Positions 18,572-26,681 of a stretch of DNA of 53,032 nucleotides are shown piece after piece. The DNA comes from a virus (Duplodnaviria; Caudoviricetes). A model generated the notes under the pieces. It was not told the origin of the DNA. It did no database searches and was given only the letters and a program-made list of their open reading frames with translations. A program made the position numbers and the translations under genes. Positions within the stretch are counted from its first letter, which is position 1; every line of letters begins with the position of its first letter. The stretch lies in IMG/VR virus record IMGVR_UViG_3300027872_000009, positions 1-53,032 of that record; one strand, 5' to 3'.

Positions 18572-19471
18572 ATGTCTACACAACATTCAAGCCGCCCCGA
18601 TCAACCGACGGCGATGTTTCCTAATACGGGGCATTTGATCAAAGGCGCAAATCGCACGCCTCCCGAAATCACGGCTAGACCTGCTTTGCTGGACGTGGCC
18701 ATGGCCACAGATTTCATGTCTCGCAATACCGAACCCCGCGAAATCAACAAGCGGAATTTGGCCGGCATGGAGTCGGACATACGAAACGACCGATGGGATG
18801 AAAACGGGGCATCCGTTGTTATCTCCGACACCGGGGAGTTGAACGACGGTCAGCACAGATGCCAAGCCGTGATCAATACCGGTATTCCGATCATGGTCAT
18901 TTTGGTGGAAGGCCCAAAACGGCAGACGCGCTTTTCGACCGACACGGGCGACACAAAAAAACTTCAACACTTGCTGGCCATGAACAGCGTTCCGCATCCA
19001 AAATGCGTCGCGCGGGTTTCCAAGCTGATATTTCAGATCGAGAAAAGAGGCGTCCTTACCAGTACGCGGTCGGGTGGTGTTTCGTCGGGAGAATCCATGC
19101 CGGAATTGCTGGAATATGCCCATTTCCGCATGACCCAAATCCAGAGGTCGATCGTGGCCGTTAGTGAAAAGTCGGCGCGGTCCATTTCATCCTTCCCGAA
19201 CGTCGTGGCGGCCCATCTTTTTCTGACCGAAATGGTCGGCGACAGGGCGGAGGTCAACGAGTTTTTCCATGGCCTTTGTACCGGTGCGAACTTGGACCTT
19301 GGCGGCCCTATCATGCGGACGCGCGACCGGCTACAGAATGAACGACTCGGCGTTCATGGCTGTGGTGTCCACCGGGTTTTCGAAATCATAATCCGGGGAT
19401 GGAACAAGCACAGGCGCGGGCGTTCGGGGAAGTTGCTGATAATGGGCTTCTGGCCAGAGATTGAACGCTAG
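18572..19471 (+). CDS. ParB-like N-terminal (DGQHR) domain protein
   Basis: NTEPRE...W..NG.....GELNDGQHRCQAV. Confidence 0.7.
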   Translation: MSTQHSSRPDQPTAMFPNTGHLIKGANRTPPEITARPALLDVAMATDFMSRNTEPREINKRNLAGMESDIRNDRWDENGASVVISDTGELNDGQHRCQAVINTGIPIMVILVEGPKRQTRFSTDTGDTKKLQHLLAMNSVPHPKCVARVSKLIFQIEKRGVLTSTRSGGVSSGESMPELLEYAHFRMTQIQRSIVAVSEKSARSISSFPNVVAAHLFLTEMVGDRAEVNEFFHGLCTGANLDLGGPIMRTRDRLQNERLGVHGCGVHRVFEIIIRGWNKHRRGRSGKLLIMGFWPEIER

Positions 19472-19475
19472 GAAA

Positions 19476-19548
19476 TTCGTCGGGTTTCACTCCTGTTTCC
19501 CGACGAAGAAACCCCGGCCGTGGCGCGTCGCGGCCGGGGTCGACTTTT
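19476..19548. terminator. Double hairpin, possible terminator
   Basis: TTCGTCGGG/CCCGACGAA and ACCCCGGCCG/CGGCCGGGGT stems followed by TTTT. Confidence 0.5.
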
Positions 19549-19551
19549 CAC

Positions 19552-19770
19552 ATGAAGCCCGATCGCCCCGGCATCATTAAAATGTTTCCGACCGAACCGG
19601 AAAAGCCCCGGCCAATCATGGCCGAGGGGGTGGCGTTCTTGGAGTGCGGCCATGGGCGCTGCCGGTGGCCATTATGGGCAGTCTATACAGAAGCGGATAT
19701 GAGGGCTGTGTGCGGCGATCCGTGTTCCGGGTCATATTGCCAGCGCCACTATGCCGTCGCTTACCAGTGA
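19552..19770 (+). CDS. GcrA-like protein (C-terminal Cys/His domain only)
   Basis: CRWPL...CG......SYCQRHYAVAYQ matches the GcrA C-terminus. Confidence 0.75.
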   Translation: MKPDRPGIIKMFPTEPEKPRPIMAEGVAFLECGHGRCRWPLWAVYTEADMRAVCGDPCSGSYCQRHYAVAYQ

Positions 19771-19921
19771 CGCTCTGAGGCGCTTGTCGGTAGGTAAAAA
19801 ATGTGTTCAAAAGAAAACCCGCCCCGTGATCCGTCGGGGCGGGTTAAATTGCCGGCAAAGGAGACAAAACCGGACATGACACTCATAAACAAGCTGCCCA
19901 CATTGTTCAAGGGCCTCTGAT

Positions 19922-20701
19922 ATGCCTTCCGGTGGATATTTCATCATATACCGGGAAATTTTCAGCCACCCGATTTTTGCACCCGAACCATTCACCGAAC
20001 GGGAAGCATGGGTATGGATGATTTGCACCGCCGCATGGCAACCGTGCGCGATCCGCGTTGGGTCTTCCGTGGTGAATATAAAGCGCGGCGAACTGGTACA
20101 TTCAACCCGATTTTTGGCGCGCAAATGGCGGTGGTCCGAAAGCCGTGTCAGGCGGTTTCTGAAGCGGTTGCAGGGTGACGCAATGATCGACGCAATTTTG
20201 ACGCGGCAAACGACGCACTTAACCATCTGTAATTACGACAAATACCAGAACATGCGACGCAGCGATCGACGCAATTTTGACGCAGCAAGCGACGCAAATA
20301 AGAAAGAAACTAAAGAACCTAACAAGAAAGGGACTACGTCCCCAAAGAAAGCACCGGCACTCGCAAAGCGATTGCCCGACGATTGGTGTCCGTCTCCTGA
20401 AACTGTCGAGTGGGCTTACAGCGAATTTGGTTTCACCCGCGATGCGCTTTACCAACTCCTGCTACAGTTTCGAGACTATTGGATCGGCGAAGGTGGCCAG
20501 AAGTCCCGAAAGATAGATTGGAACCGAACTTTCAAAAACAGATGCCGCGACGTTGGGGCGCAAGGCCGCCGGCCGAACGGATCACAAAAGCCCGGATGGG
20601 GAGAAGCTGCAAAGGATATGATGAAAAATGAAAGAGCAAATATTGATGCGAGTGAGTTACCTCTTGGCCGGGTGCGTTTGCCGACTGCCAAGCGGCCTTG
20701 A
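19922..20701 (+). CDS. Replication initiator protein
   Basis: GYFIIYREIFSHPIF..EPFTEREAWVWM, LARKWRWS..RVRRFL..L, TICNYDKYQ and DWNRTFKN motifs; contains iterons. Confidence 0.8.
   Translation: MPSGGYFIIYREIFSHPIFAPEPFTEREAWVWMICTAAWQPCAIRVGSSVVNIKRGELVHSTRFLARKWRWSESRVRRFLKRLQGDAMIDAILTRQTTHLTICNYDKYQNMRRSDRRNFDAASDANKKETKEPNKKGTTSPKKAPALAKRLPDDWCPSPETVEWAYSEFGFTRDALYQLLLQFRDYWIGEGGQKSRKIDWNRTFKNRCRDVGAQGRRPNGSQKPGWGEAAKDMMKNERANIDASELPLGRVRLPTAKRP
20177..20330. repeat. Iteron array and A-rich tract: putative replication origin
   Basis: GACGC at 20177, 20189, 20200, 20212 and 20256, 20268, 20279, 20291 (two blocks with 12/11/12 spacing), followed by an A-rich run. Confidence 0.75.
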
Positions 20702-21065
20702 TATTCAACTGACGCTGCAAGGTTATTGTGACGCCCTCGCTGATTGCGATATGTACGACCTTGGCGACGTGGTCAAGGAATGCGTCGCTGGCGATCCGGT
20801 CAAATACGAATGGGCACCAGACGCGGCGACCGTCCGGAAGTTGTGCGCCGACAAGGCGGCAGCGAGGAAAGCAGGGACGGAAAAGCAATTGCTGCCGCCA
20901 GCCAAAGACGAAACCATGCCGACGGACAAAGAATACAGAAGGATGGCGGCCAAGGCGGCGCGGGTGAGTAAGAAAATCGGCGGCCGTGTCCCATTCGATA
21001 AATGGAAAAGCGACCGCATCGCGGACGGGTCGATCAAGGAGGCGGACGATGCCGTGGGCAATTAA
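20628..21065 (+). CDS. Replication accessory protein (helicase loader-like, tentative)
   Basis: Directly after the initiator; Y..AL.D.....WAP..A.VR pattern. Confidence 0.45.
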   Translation: MKEQILMRVSYLLAGCVCRLPSGLDIQLTLQGYCDALADCDMYDLGDVVKECVAGDPVKYEWAPDAATVRKLCADKAAARKAGTEKQLLPPAKDETMPTDKEYRRMAAKAARVSKKIGGRVPFDKWKSDRIADGSIKEADDAVGN

Positions 21066-21306
21066 GCACGTCACCGACTCCCGGCTCGACGGCCATAGGG
21101 AATGGCTGGAAGGAAACGCCAGATTTTCCGTGCCGGCATGTGTCGCCGGGTGCCACAAGGTAGTTTACAAAACCAGAGCCGAAGCCAGAAGGCATATCAG
21201 GCTGCATCACGGTTACATGAAAAAAGGGTCTTATTTACGAACCAACCCGCATGGCTGGAAGATGCCTGTCGCCGTAAGGTGCCGGATCACGGTGGAGGAA
21301 ATATGA
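21049..21306 (+). CDS. Hypothetical protein
   Basis: GGAGG SD; KTRAEARRHI...PHGWKMP. Confidence 0.6.
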   Translation: MPWAIKHVTDSRLDGHREWLEGNARFSVPACVAGCHKVVYKTRAEARRHIRLHHGYMKKGSYLRTNPHGWKMPVAVRCRITVEEI

Positions 21307-21614
21307 TGGCAAAGGGCGTAAAGTTTGAAGGTTCGAATGTCGAACTCAAGCCGCCGATCGGACTGGTGGCAAACCGGATGGGGCATGTCGAAAATATCCC
21401 GGCCCATAACGACGGTACGCAGATCATCACATGCTGGCGATTATCCGATGAAGAAATGCAGGAAGTTATGCGGACGGGCGTTGTGTGGTTGTCCGTTGCC
21501 GGCCAGTCGATGAACACGCTCAGGATCAGCGGCGAGGCACTGGTACGGGTAGCCGGCCGCCCGTCGGTTGCCGAGCCATACGTTCACCCGCTCCTGAAAA
21601 AGATGGACAGTTAA
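21303..21614 (+). CDS. Hypothetical protein
   Basis: GGAGG SD; ITCWRLSDEE..EV.RTG.VWL. Confidence 0.65.
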   Translation: MMAKGVKFEGSNVELKPPIGLVANRMGHVENIPAHNDGTQIITCWRLSDEEMQEVMRTGVVWLSVAGQSMNTLRISGEALVRVAGRPSVAEPYVHPLLKKMDS

Positions 21615-21726
21615 CGACGAAGCACAGAACGCGACAGGGGCGCTTGGTGCGCCCCCGTGTGTGGTTGGACCTAAAATTTACTGGCGGTCGCTGGCGGTGG
21701 TTTATAACGCCATAATAACCGGGTTA

Positions 21727-21951
21727 TTACTCCTTGAACCATGGCGACGCTTGGCGCTGCCGTTCGATCTTGGCGGCCTGCTTTTCGGCTTCCTGCAATT
21801 TGGTCGCCAGTAGATGCAGTTCATCGGCGATCAGGTAGCACGGCAGATTGCCTTCGTTGCGGTAAAGTTCGGCGGCGGCTAGGAGCATTGCGCGCCAGTC
21901 GTTGCCGTCGAAGAGGGGCTGAAGTTCGCGCTTGAGTTCGGCGTATTTCAT
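21727..21951 (-). CDS. Hypothetical protein (leftward island)
   Basis: Coupled to the upstream ORF by an ATGA overlap. Confidence 0.5.
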   Translation of the reverse strand: MKYAELKRELQPLFDGNDWRAMLLAAAELYRNEGNLPCYLIADELHLLATKLQEAEKQAAKIERQRQASPWFKE

Positions 21952-22139
21952 GTCGTCACCCTGAAAACGCCCGCGAGACGCTTTTCCGCTTGTGCTTCCC
22001 ACAGCTTTGCGTCCGGGTCGCGGGGATCGACTTTGGTGTACTCGCGATGCGCCGCAAGCGCCGTGTCGAGGTCGAGCGCGGGCAGGCCAGCGTCAAAGCG
22101 GGCGAGGTTGGTGGCTTTCCAGAACTGGCGAAAGAGCAT
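21948..22139 (-). CDS. Hypothetical protein (leftward island)
   Basis: AGGAGG SD. Confidence 0.55.
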   Translation of the reverse strand: MLFRQFWKATNLARFDAGLPALDLDTALAAHREYTKVDPRDPDAKLWEAQAEKRLAGVFRVTT

Positions 22140-22163
22140 TGGTTCCTCCTGTTTGGGTTTCGA

Positions 22164-22235
22164 TCAGCCGGCCAAGACAATGACGAAAGCGGCCAGCGCG
22201 AGAAAGGCGAAGATGATCGTTAGGGCGCTAGGCAT
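22164..22235 (-). CDS. Membrane micropeptide (23 aa)
   Basis: MPSALTIIFAFLALAAFVIVLAG; overlaps the stop of the upstream ORF. Confidence 0.35.
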   Translation of the reverse strand: MPSALTIIFAFLALAAFVIVLAG

Positions 22236-22437
22236 TTGCGCCATCCTTGACGTGGGCAACGGTTACGAGACCTTTGTACCAAGTGCTTATGTACCAAGTG
22301 CTTATTTCCCGCGTGGATTTGGTGCGTATCTCGAACACGTCATGGGGCGCATGGTCTCCGCCGAGATATATTGCCGCCTGTAACAAGCTGGCTTTTTGCG
22401 TGGCTATTCCGGTAGACAGATCAGTATATATTGCCAT
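22228..22437 (-). CDS. Hypothetical protein with an in-frame 5-aa duplication
   Basis: GGAGG SD; ISTWY-ISTWY from a 15-bp tandem repeat at 22276-22305. Confidence 0.5.
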   Translation of the reverse strand: MAIYTDLSTGIATQKASLLQAAIYLGGDHAPHDVFEIRTKSTREISTWYISTWYKGLVTVAHVKDGANA

Positions 22438-22442
22438 TTGAT

Positions 22443-22535
22443 TCATCCTCCGATTACGATTGCAATTGCGAAAACCCAAACGGTGATCAGGTTGATCGCG
22501 ATGATTTTTTTGTTGAACTGGATGGTCGTGGTCAT
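22443..22535 (-). CDS. Membrane micropeptide (30 aa)
   Basis: MTTTIQFNKKIIAINLITVWVFAIAIVIGG; first ORF after the promoter. Confidence 0.4.
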   Translation of the reverse strand: MTTTIQFNKKIIAINLITVWVFAIAIVIGG

Positions 22536-22561
22536 GGTCGTTTTCCCGTTTCGGTAACTTA

Positions 22562-22590
22562 CATATAATGCCAGCCCGGCAAGTCTGCAA
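22562..22590 (-). promoter_or_regulatory. Leftward early promoter with operator
   Basis: TTGCAG-17nt-TATATG; ATGCCA-N3-CGGCAA at 22568-22582. Confidence 0.65.
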
Positions 22591-22649
22591 GGGAATAAGC
22601 GACATCGTTGCACACGATTATTTCTGTGCAACAAGAGCCAGCCCGGCCA

Positions 22650-22679
22650 TTGACAGGCGAACCGTTGCGTCGGTATGAA
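22650..22679 (+). promoter_or_regulatory. Rightward promoter of the modification/packaging operon
   Basis: TTGACA-18nt-TATGAA. Confidence 0.55.
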
Positions 22680-22711
22680 AAGCCGGCGGAAACCGGCGAG
22701 GCCCTATCCCC

Positions 22712-23314
22712 ATGCCAGCAAAAAAGAAGGCGGCTAAATGGCCCGCCGATGCAGTTGCAAGATGGAACATCGACAAGCTGTTCCCACAGGCGAACAACGC
22801 CCGGATGCACTCCCCTCTGCAAATTGATCAGATCGTCGCGAGCATTCAGGAATGGGGCTGGACCGTACCGGTCCTAGTCGACACCAAGGGCCATATCATT
22901 TCCGGCCACGGGCGCATCCTTGCAGCGAAAAAACTCGGTATCAATGAAGTGCCGGTAATGGTGGCGCGCGGGTGGAGCAACACGAAGAAGCGGGCCTATG
23001 CAATCGCCGACAATAAGCTGTCCGACAACAGCGATTGGGACCGTGGGATGTTGGCGATCGAACTTGGCACCATGGCCGACGAATTTGATCTTTCGCTTAC
23101 CGGGTTTTCTTCCGAGGACCTGAAAAGCCTGTCGCTCGACTTCAAGCCGGAAGAGCAACCGGAAACCGGCGGCGGCGGCCCAGTGACAGGCGACGACATC
23201 ACCAATGCAAAGGGCAAACTGGGCGGCAAGTTTGGAAAGTCGGGCCAAACTATCATCGACGTGATGTGTCCCAACTGCGGGCAGACTTTCGGGGTCAACA
23301 AGAATGACCTCTAA
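22712..23314 (+). CDS. ParB/Srx-like N-terminal domain protein
   Basis: NARMHS..QI..I..SIQEWGWTVPVLVD....ISGHGRILAA...AYAIADNKL; C-terminal CPNCG. Confidence 0.88.
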   Translation: MPAKKKAAKWPADAVARWNIDKLFPQANNARMHSPLQIDQIVASIQEWGWTVPVLVDTKGHIISGHGRILAAKKLGINEVPVMVARGWSNTKKRAYAIADNKLSDNSDWDRGMLAIELGTMADEFDLSLTGFSSEDLKSLSLDFKPEEQPETGGGGPVTGDDITNAKGKLGGKFGKSGQTIIDVMCPNCGQTFGVNKNDL

Positions 23315-23882
23315 AATAAACCATGCGGCGTATGACACCATTGCCGACATATACGACGGGATGCACCAATCGGATGACGAACTGGACGAAAACGATCAGA
23401 TCACGGGATTGGCAGGATACGAAAAGGGGCGTGTTCTGGACATCGGTTGCGGCACCGGACTGTTTCTCGAATATGTGACACCCGACGATTATGTCGGGAT
23501 CGACCCATCTCCAAAGATGCTCATAAAGCATCAACGCAAGTTTCCGGTGGGGCCGGGAGCCTTGACCATTTGCACGACGTTCGAGGACCTTCTACCGCTG
23601 CCGGAAAAGTTCGACGTGATAATCGCGCTGTTCGGAGCGGCAAGCTATGTGGAGCCGCGTGGATGGTCGCGCCTGCCGATGTTTCTGAGGCCGGCCGGGC
23701 ATTTCTTCCTGATGTTTTACGCGCCCGACTACGTTCCAAAGACGCATGAGGCCGGGGTTGTTCTTCCCTTCCATCTTTATACTGGACAGCCCGAAGGTGT
23801 GCATTTGAGGATGGGCAATTATGATCTGGTATATGGCCGGGCCGCGCCGCCGTCGCAGCTTGTCGAAAAGGAAACCGCATGA
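23304..23882 (+). CDS. Class I SAM-dependent methyltransferase
   Basis: VLDIGCGTG, GIDPSPKML and FDVI motifs. Confidence 0.88.
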   Translation: MTSKINHAAYDTIADIYDGMHQSDDELDENDQITGLAGYEKGRVLDIGCGTGLFLEYVTPDDYVGIDPSPKMLIKHQRKFPVGPGALTICTTFEDLLPLPEKFDVIIALFGAASYVEPRGWSRLPMFLRPAGHFFLMFYAPDYVPKTHEAGVVLPFHLYTGQPEGVHLRMGNYDLVYGRAAPPSQLVEKETA

Positions 23883-24433
23883 AGGGCAAAATCAAATTTG
23901 TCGTCTCCGATATCATGGACCTTCCGGCGGACTACGCTGTCGATTGCGACATGACTTACACCGATCCGCCGTGGGGGCAGGGGCTTGTCAAGATGTTCGA
24001 AACTCTGGCCTTCAAGGATGCCGGGGTGGAGCGGCCGGGCAACCTGATTGTAAACATACTGGCGAGACTGTTTTCGCTGTCTCCGATTGGCAAGCCAATT
24101 TTCGTCGAATGGAGCGTCAAGGACGCAATGATGGTGCGCGGTATCGGACAGGATCACGGCCACGTATGCAAGCACATGGATGTCGTGACACAGACGAATG
24201 GCAAGCTGGCCACTGTCGTTTCGTTCAATACCGAAATGACAATAGACTATCCGAAAAGGGGATACGAGTTCATGTTCGCGGCGCTGGACTATCACAAGCC
24301 GAAGTGCGTGTTCGATCCGTTCGCCGGCCACGGCCAGCACGCCCGGCGGATTATCAATCGCGGGATCGACGTTGTCGCCGCCGAGTTCAACCCGGCCCGC
24401 GCCCGCAAGCTACAGGACCACTTCGGCCTATGA
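23879..24433 (+). CDS. Minimal amino-methyltransferase (N6-A/N4-C DNA methylase-like)
   Basis: Motif IV YTDPPW precedes motif I VFDPFAGHG and AEFNPAR; only 184 aa. Confidence 0.7.
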   Translation: MKGKIKFVVSDIMDLPADYAVDCDMTYTDPPWGQGLVKMFETLAFKDAGVERPGNLIVNILARLFSLSPIGKPIFVEWSVKDAMMVRGIGQDHGHVCKHMDVVTQTNGKLATVVSFNTEMTIDYPKRGYEFMFAALDYHKPKCVFDPFAGHGQHARRIINRGIDVVAAEFNPARARKLQDHFGL

Positions 24434-25146
24434 GACAGATCAGCGCCGTCATCATTATGACGCACGAAAGCCGCGCCGCCGAGGCCGACGTTGTCCGCAA
24501 GCTGGTGAAACTGCAATGCGAGCCGCTTGGCATACCGGTCTTGATGTCACTGGACCAAGGATGGAACAACCCGCGAAAAAACCTGATGCAATGCCTAACC
24601 CTGCCGGCGTCCGGCGGATTGAAAAGGGTGGTGATCCATGACGACCTGATTATGCCGAAGGACGTTTTCAGGAAGCTGGATCATATCTTGGCGCAGCTTC
24701 CCAAGGCGGTGTTTGTGTCGGCGTACTGCCCGGCAAATGCCGGCTACGATGAGGCGTTCGAAAAAGGCCATCACGTTCTATTGACGGCGACGAATATATG
24801 GTCGCAAGCCTTTTGCTTTCCGGAGTCTGTTATCCCGACCTTGGTGAAATTCAATGAGGATGAAATTGCCGACGACTTCAGGTATGCCGACCGGCCCATA
24901 ACCATTTTCCAGAAGTGGCACCGCATGAAAACACATTGCATCGTGCCGTCGCTGTTTCAGCATATTGGCGCGTACCGGTCGACCTTGGGATTTGCCGGCA
25001 AGGTGTTCAAGCGTTACCGGTATTCGGATCACTTCGATCCTGACTTCGATCCGTATGCCGTCGACTGGAAACATGAACTTGAAAACGCGGCAACGTCGGA
25101 AGTGCCGATCGATATGAAAAGGATGATGGCAGATGAAACTGCTTGA
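24430..25146 (+). CDS. GT-A-fold glycosyltransferase-like protein
   Basis: IIMTHESR, VVIHDD (DxD-like) and VPSLFQHIG..ST motifs. Confidence 0.6.
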   Translation: MRQISAVIIMTHESRAAEADVVRKLVKLQCEPLGIPVLMSLDQGWNNPRKNLMQCLTLPASGGLKRVVIHDDLIMPKDVFRKLDHILAQLPKAVFVSAYCPANAGYDEAFEKGHHVLLTATNIWSQAFCFPESVIPTLVKFNEDEIADDFRYADRPITIFQKWHRMKTHCIVPSLFQHIGAYRSTLGFAGKVFKRYRYSDHFDPDFDPYAVDWKHELENAATSEVPIDMKRMMADETA

Positions 25147-25558
25147 GGGGAAATACAAGGATCGGCGGCTGTCGATCGAGTACGTTCCGACAGCGTCGCT
25201 CAAGCCGAACGAATATAATCCAAATGTCCATAGCGCCGATTCGTTCGATCTGTTGACCCGGTCCATTGCCTACTTCGGCTTCACACAGCCGATCGTTGTT
25301 GACAGCAGGACGGGCGAGATTGTCGACGGCGAAAACCGCTGGCGCGTCGCGGCCGTGCTTTCCATGCCGGAAGTGCCGGTATGTTTCATCGACCTGTCCG
25401 ACGGTGAGCGGCAGGCGGCATCGATCATGCACAACCGGGCGCGGGGCCGCGAACTGGGAGCGCAGATCGCAAAGATCGAAAAGTCCGTCGACGATCTGGA
25501 CCCGGCGCTTCTGGATGATGTTCTGTTGAAGAGCCGGTTCGATGCGCCTGTATCTTGA
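25133..25558 (+). CDS. ParB-like protein (IbrB-type)
   Basis: PNEYNPN, GFTQPIVV, IVDGENRW and HNRARG. Confidence 0.82.
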   Translation: MKLLEGKYKDRRLSIEYVPTASLKPNEYNPNVHSADSFDLLTRSIAYFGFTQPIVVDSRTGEIVDGENRWRVAAVLSMPEVPVCFIDLSDGERQAASIMHNRARGRELGAQIAKIEKSVDDLDPALLDDVLLKSRFDAPVS

Positions 25559-26681
25559 TCAGGATGTCTTTCAGGCGGCCGAGGCACGGCTCAACTGGAT
25601 TTTCGACGAGTTCGAAAACGTCATGGTTTGCGTGTCCGGTGGCAAGGACAGCACCGTTTGCCTCAATATGGCCCTTCAGATCGCCACAGAGCGCGACAGG
25701 CTACCGTTAACGGTCCAGTTCACCGATCAGGAAGCAGAGTGGCAAACGGTCATTGACCATGTCCGTGAGGTCATGTCCGACGACCGGGTCGATGCACATT
25801 GGCTGCAAGTTCCGATCAAATTATTCAACGCTTCGTCGCAAATGACGCCATGGTTGCAATGTTGGGAGCCGGGCAAGGAATGGATACGGCACAAGGAACT
25901 CGACAGCATCCACGAAAACAAGTTTGGGACCGACAGATTTACCGATCTTTTCCGGGCCTATGCCGAATACGTTTACGGCAAGGACAAGTGCGCGCTGATA
26001 GGCGGGGTCCGTTGCGAGGAAAGCCCGGCCCGGACACGGGGCCTGACCGAATCGGAAGTCTACAAGGGCGAGACGTGGGGCAAGGTCATAAGTCCGAAAT
26101 TGCCGCACCACACTTTTTATCCGATTTACGATTGGTCATATACCGACGTCTGGAAGTCGATCCATGACAACGGCTGGCCGTATTGTCCGATTTACGATTA
26201 TCAGTACCAGTACGGCTTGCCGGTCATGTCCATGCGGGTGTCAAACGTCCACCACGAGGGCGCGATGCCGAACCTTTATTATCTTCAAGAGATCGAGGCC
26301 GACACATGGGATAGGATCACCGCCCGGCTGGACGGCATCAGCACGATCGGCCACATGAAGAAAGACGTGTTCTGCCCCAAGGTGCTGCCGCCCATGTTTC
26401 GCGACTGGTTCGATTACCGCGACCACTTGATCAAGTACCTAGTCGCCGATCCGAAAATCCAGAAATATTACCGGACGACGTTTGCCCGGTACGACGACCG
26501 CTACCCGGTCACGTTGCACGAAAAATTGGTCAAGGTGCAAATCGCCTGCGTCCTGTCCAACGATTACCACGGCCAGCGGCTAGGCTCTTTCCGGGCCTGC
26601 TATTTCGGCCAGAGCAAAAACGTCGGCAAGGTGAATAAGATCCTCGTACCTATGGACGAATACAAGGCAAAACGGGCATGA
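25542..26681 (+). CDS. PAPS-reductase-fold / DUF3440 protein (IbrA-like PP-loop enzyme)
   Basis: SGGKDS PP-loop, GVRCEESPAR, FYPIYDWSYTDVW and MRVS. Confidence 0.88.
   Translation: MRLYLDQDVFQAAEARLNWIFDEFENVMVCVSGGKDSTVCLNMALQIATERDRLPLTVQFTDQEAEWQTVIDHVREVMSDDRVDAHWLQVPIKLFNASSQMTPWLQCWEPGKEWIRHKELDSIHENKFGTDRFTDLFRAYAEYVYGKDKCALIGGVRCEESPARTRGLTESEVYKGETWGKVISPKLPHHTFYPIYDWSYTDVWKSIHDNGWPYCPIYDYQYQYGLPVMSMRVSNVHHEGAMPNLYYLQEIEADTWDRITARLDGISTIGHMKKDVFCPKVLPPMFRDWFDYRDHLIKYLVADPKIQKYYRTTFARYDDRYPVTLHEKLVKVQIACVLSNDYHGQRLGSFRACYFGQSKNVGKVNKILVPMDEYKAKRA

Noticed and set aside
23821-24429. N-terminal 200 aa of the 441-aa ORF in the track
   Set aside because: Overlaps the DPPW methylase in another frame; the real gene most likely starts at ATG 24430. 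Similar over-extensions were trimmed for the portal, spanins and DUF2786.
25542-26681. cysH sulfur-assimilation auxiliary metabolic gene
   Set aside because: Length, motifs and flanking IbrB-like ParB genes fit the IbrA/DUF3440 group, not assimilatory CysH.
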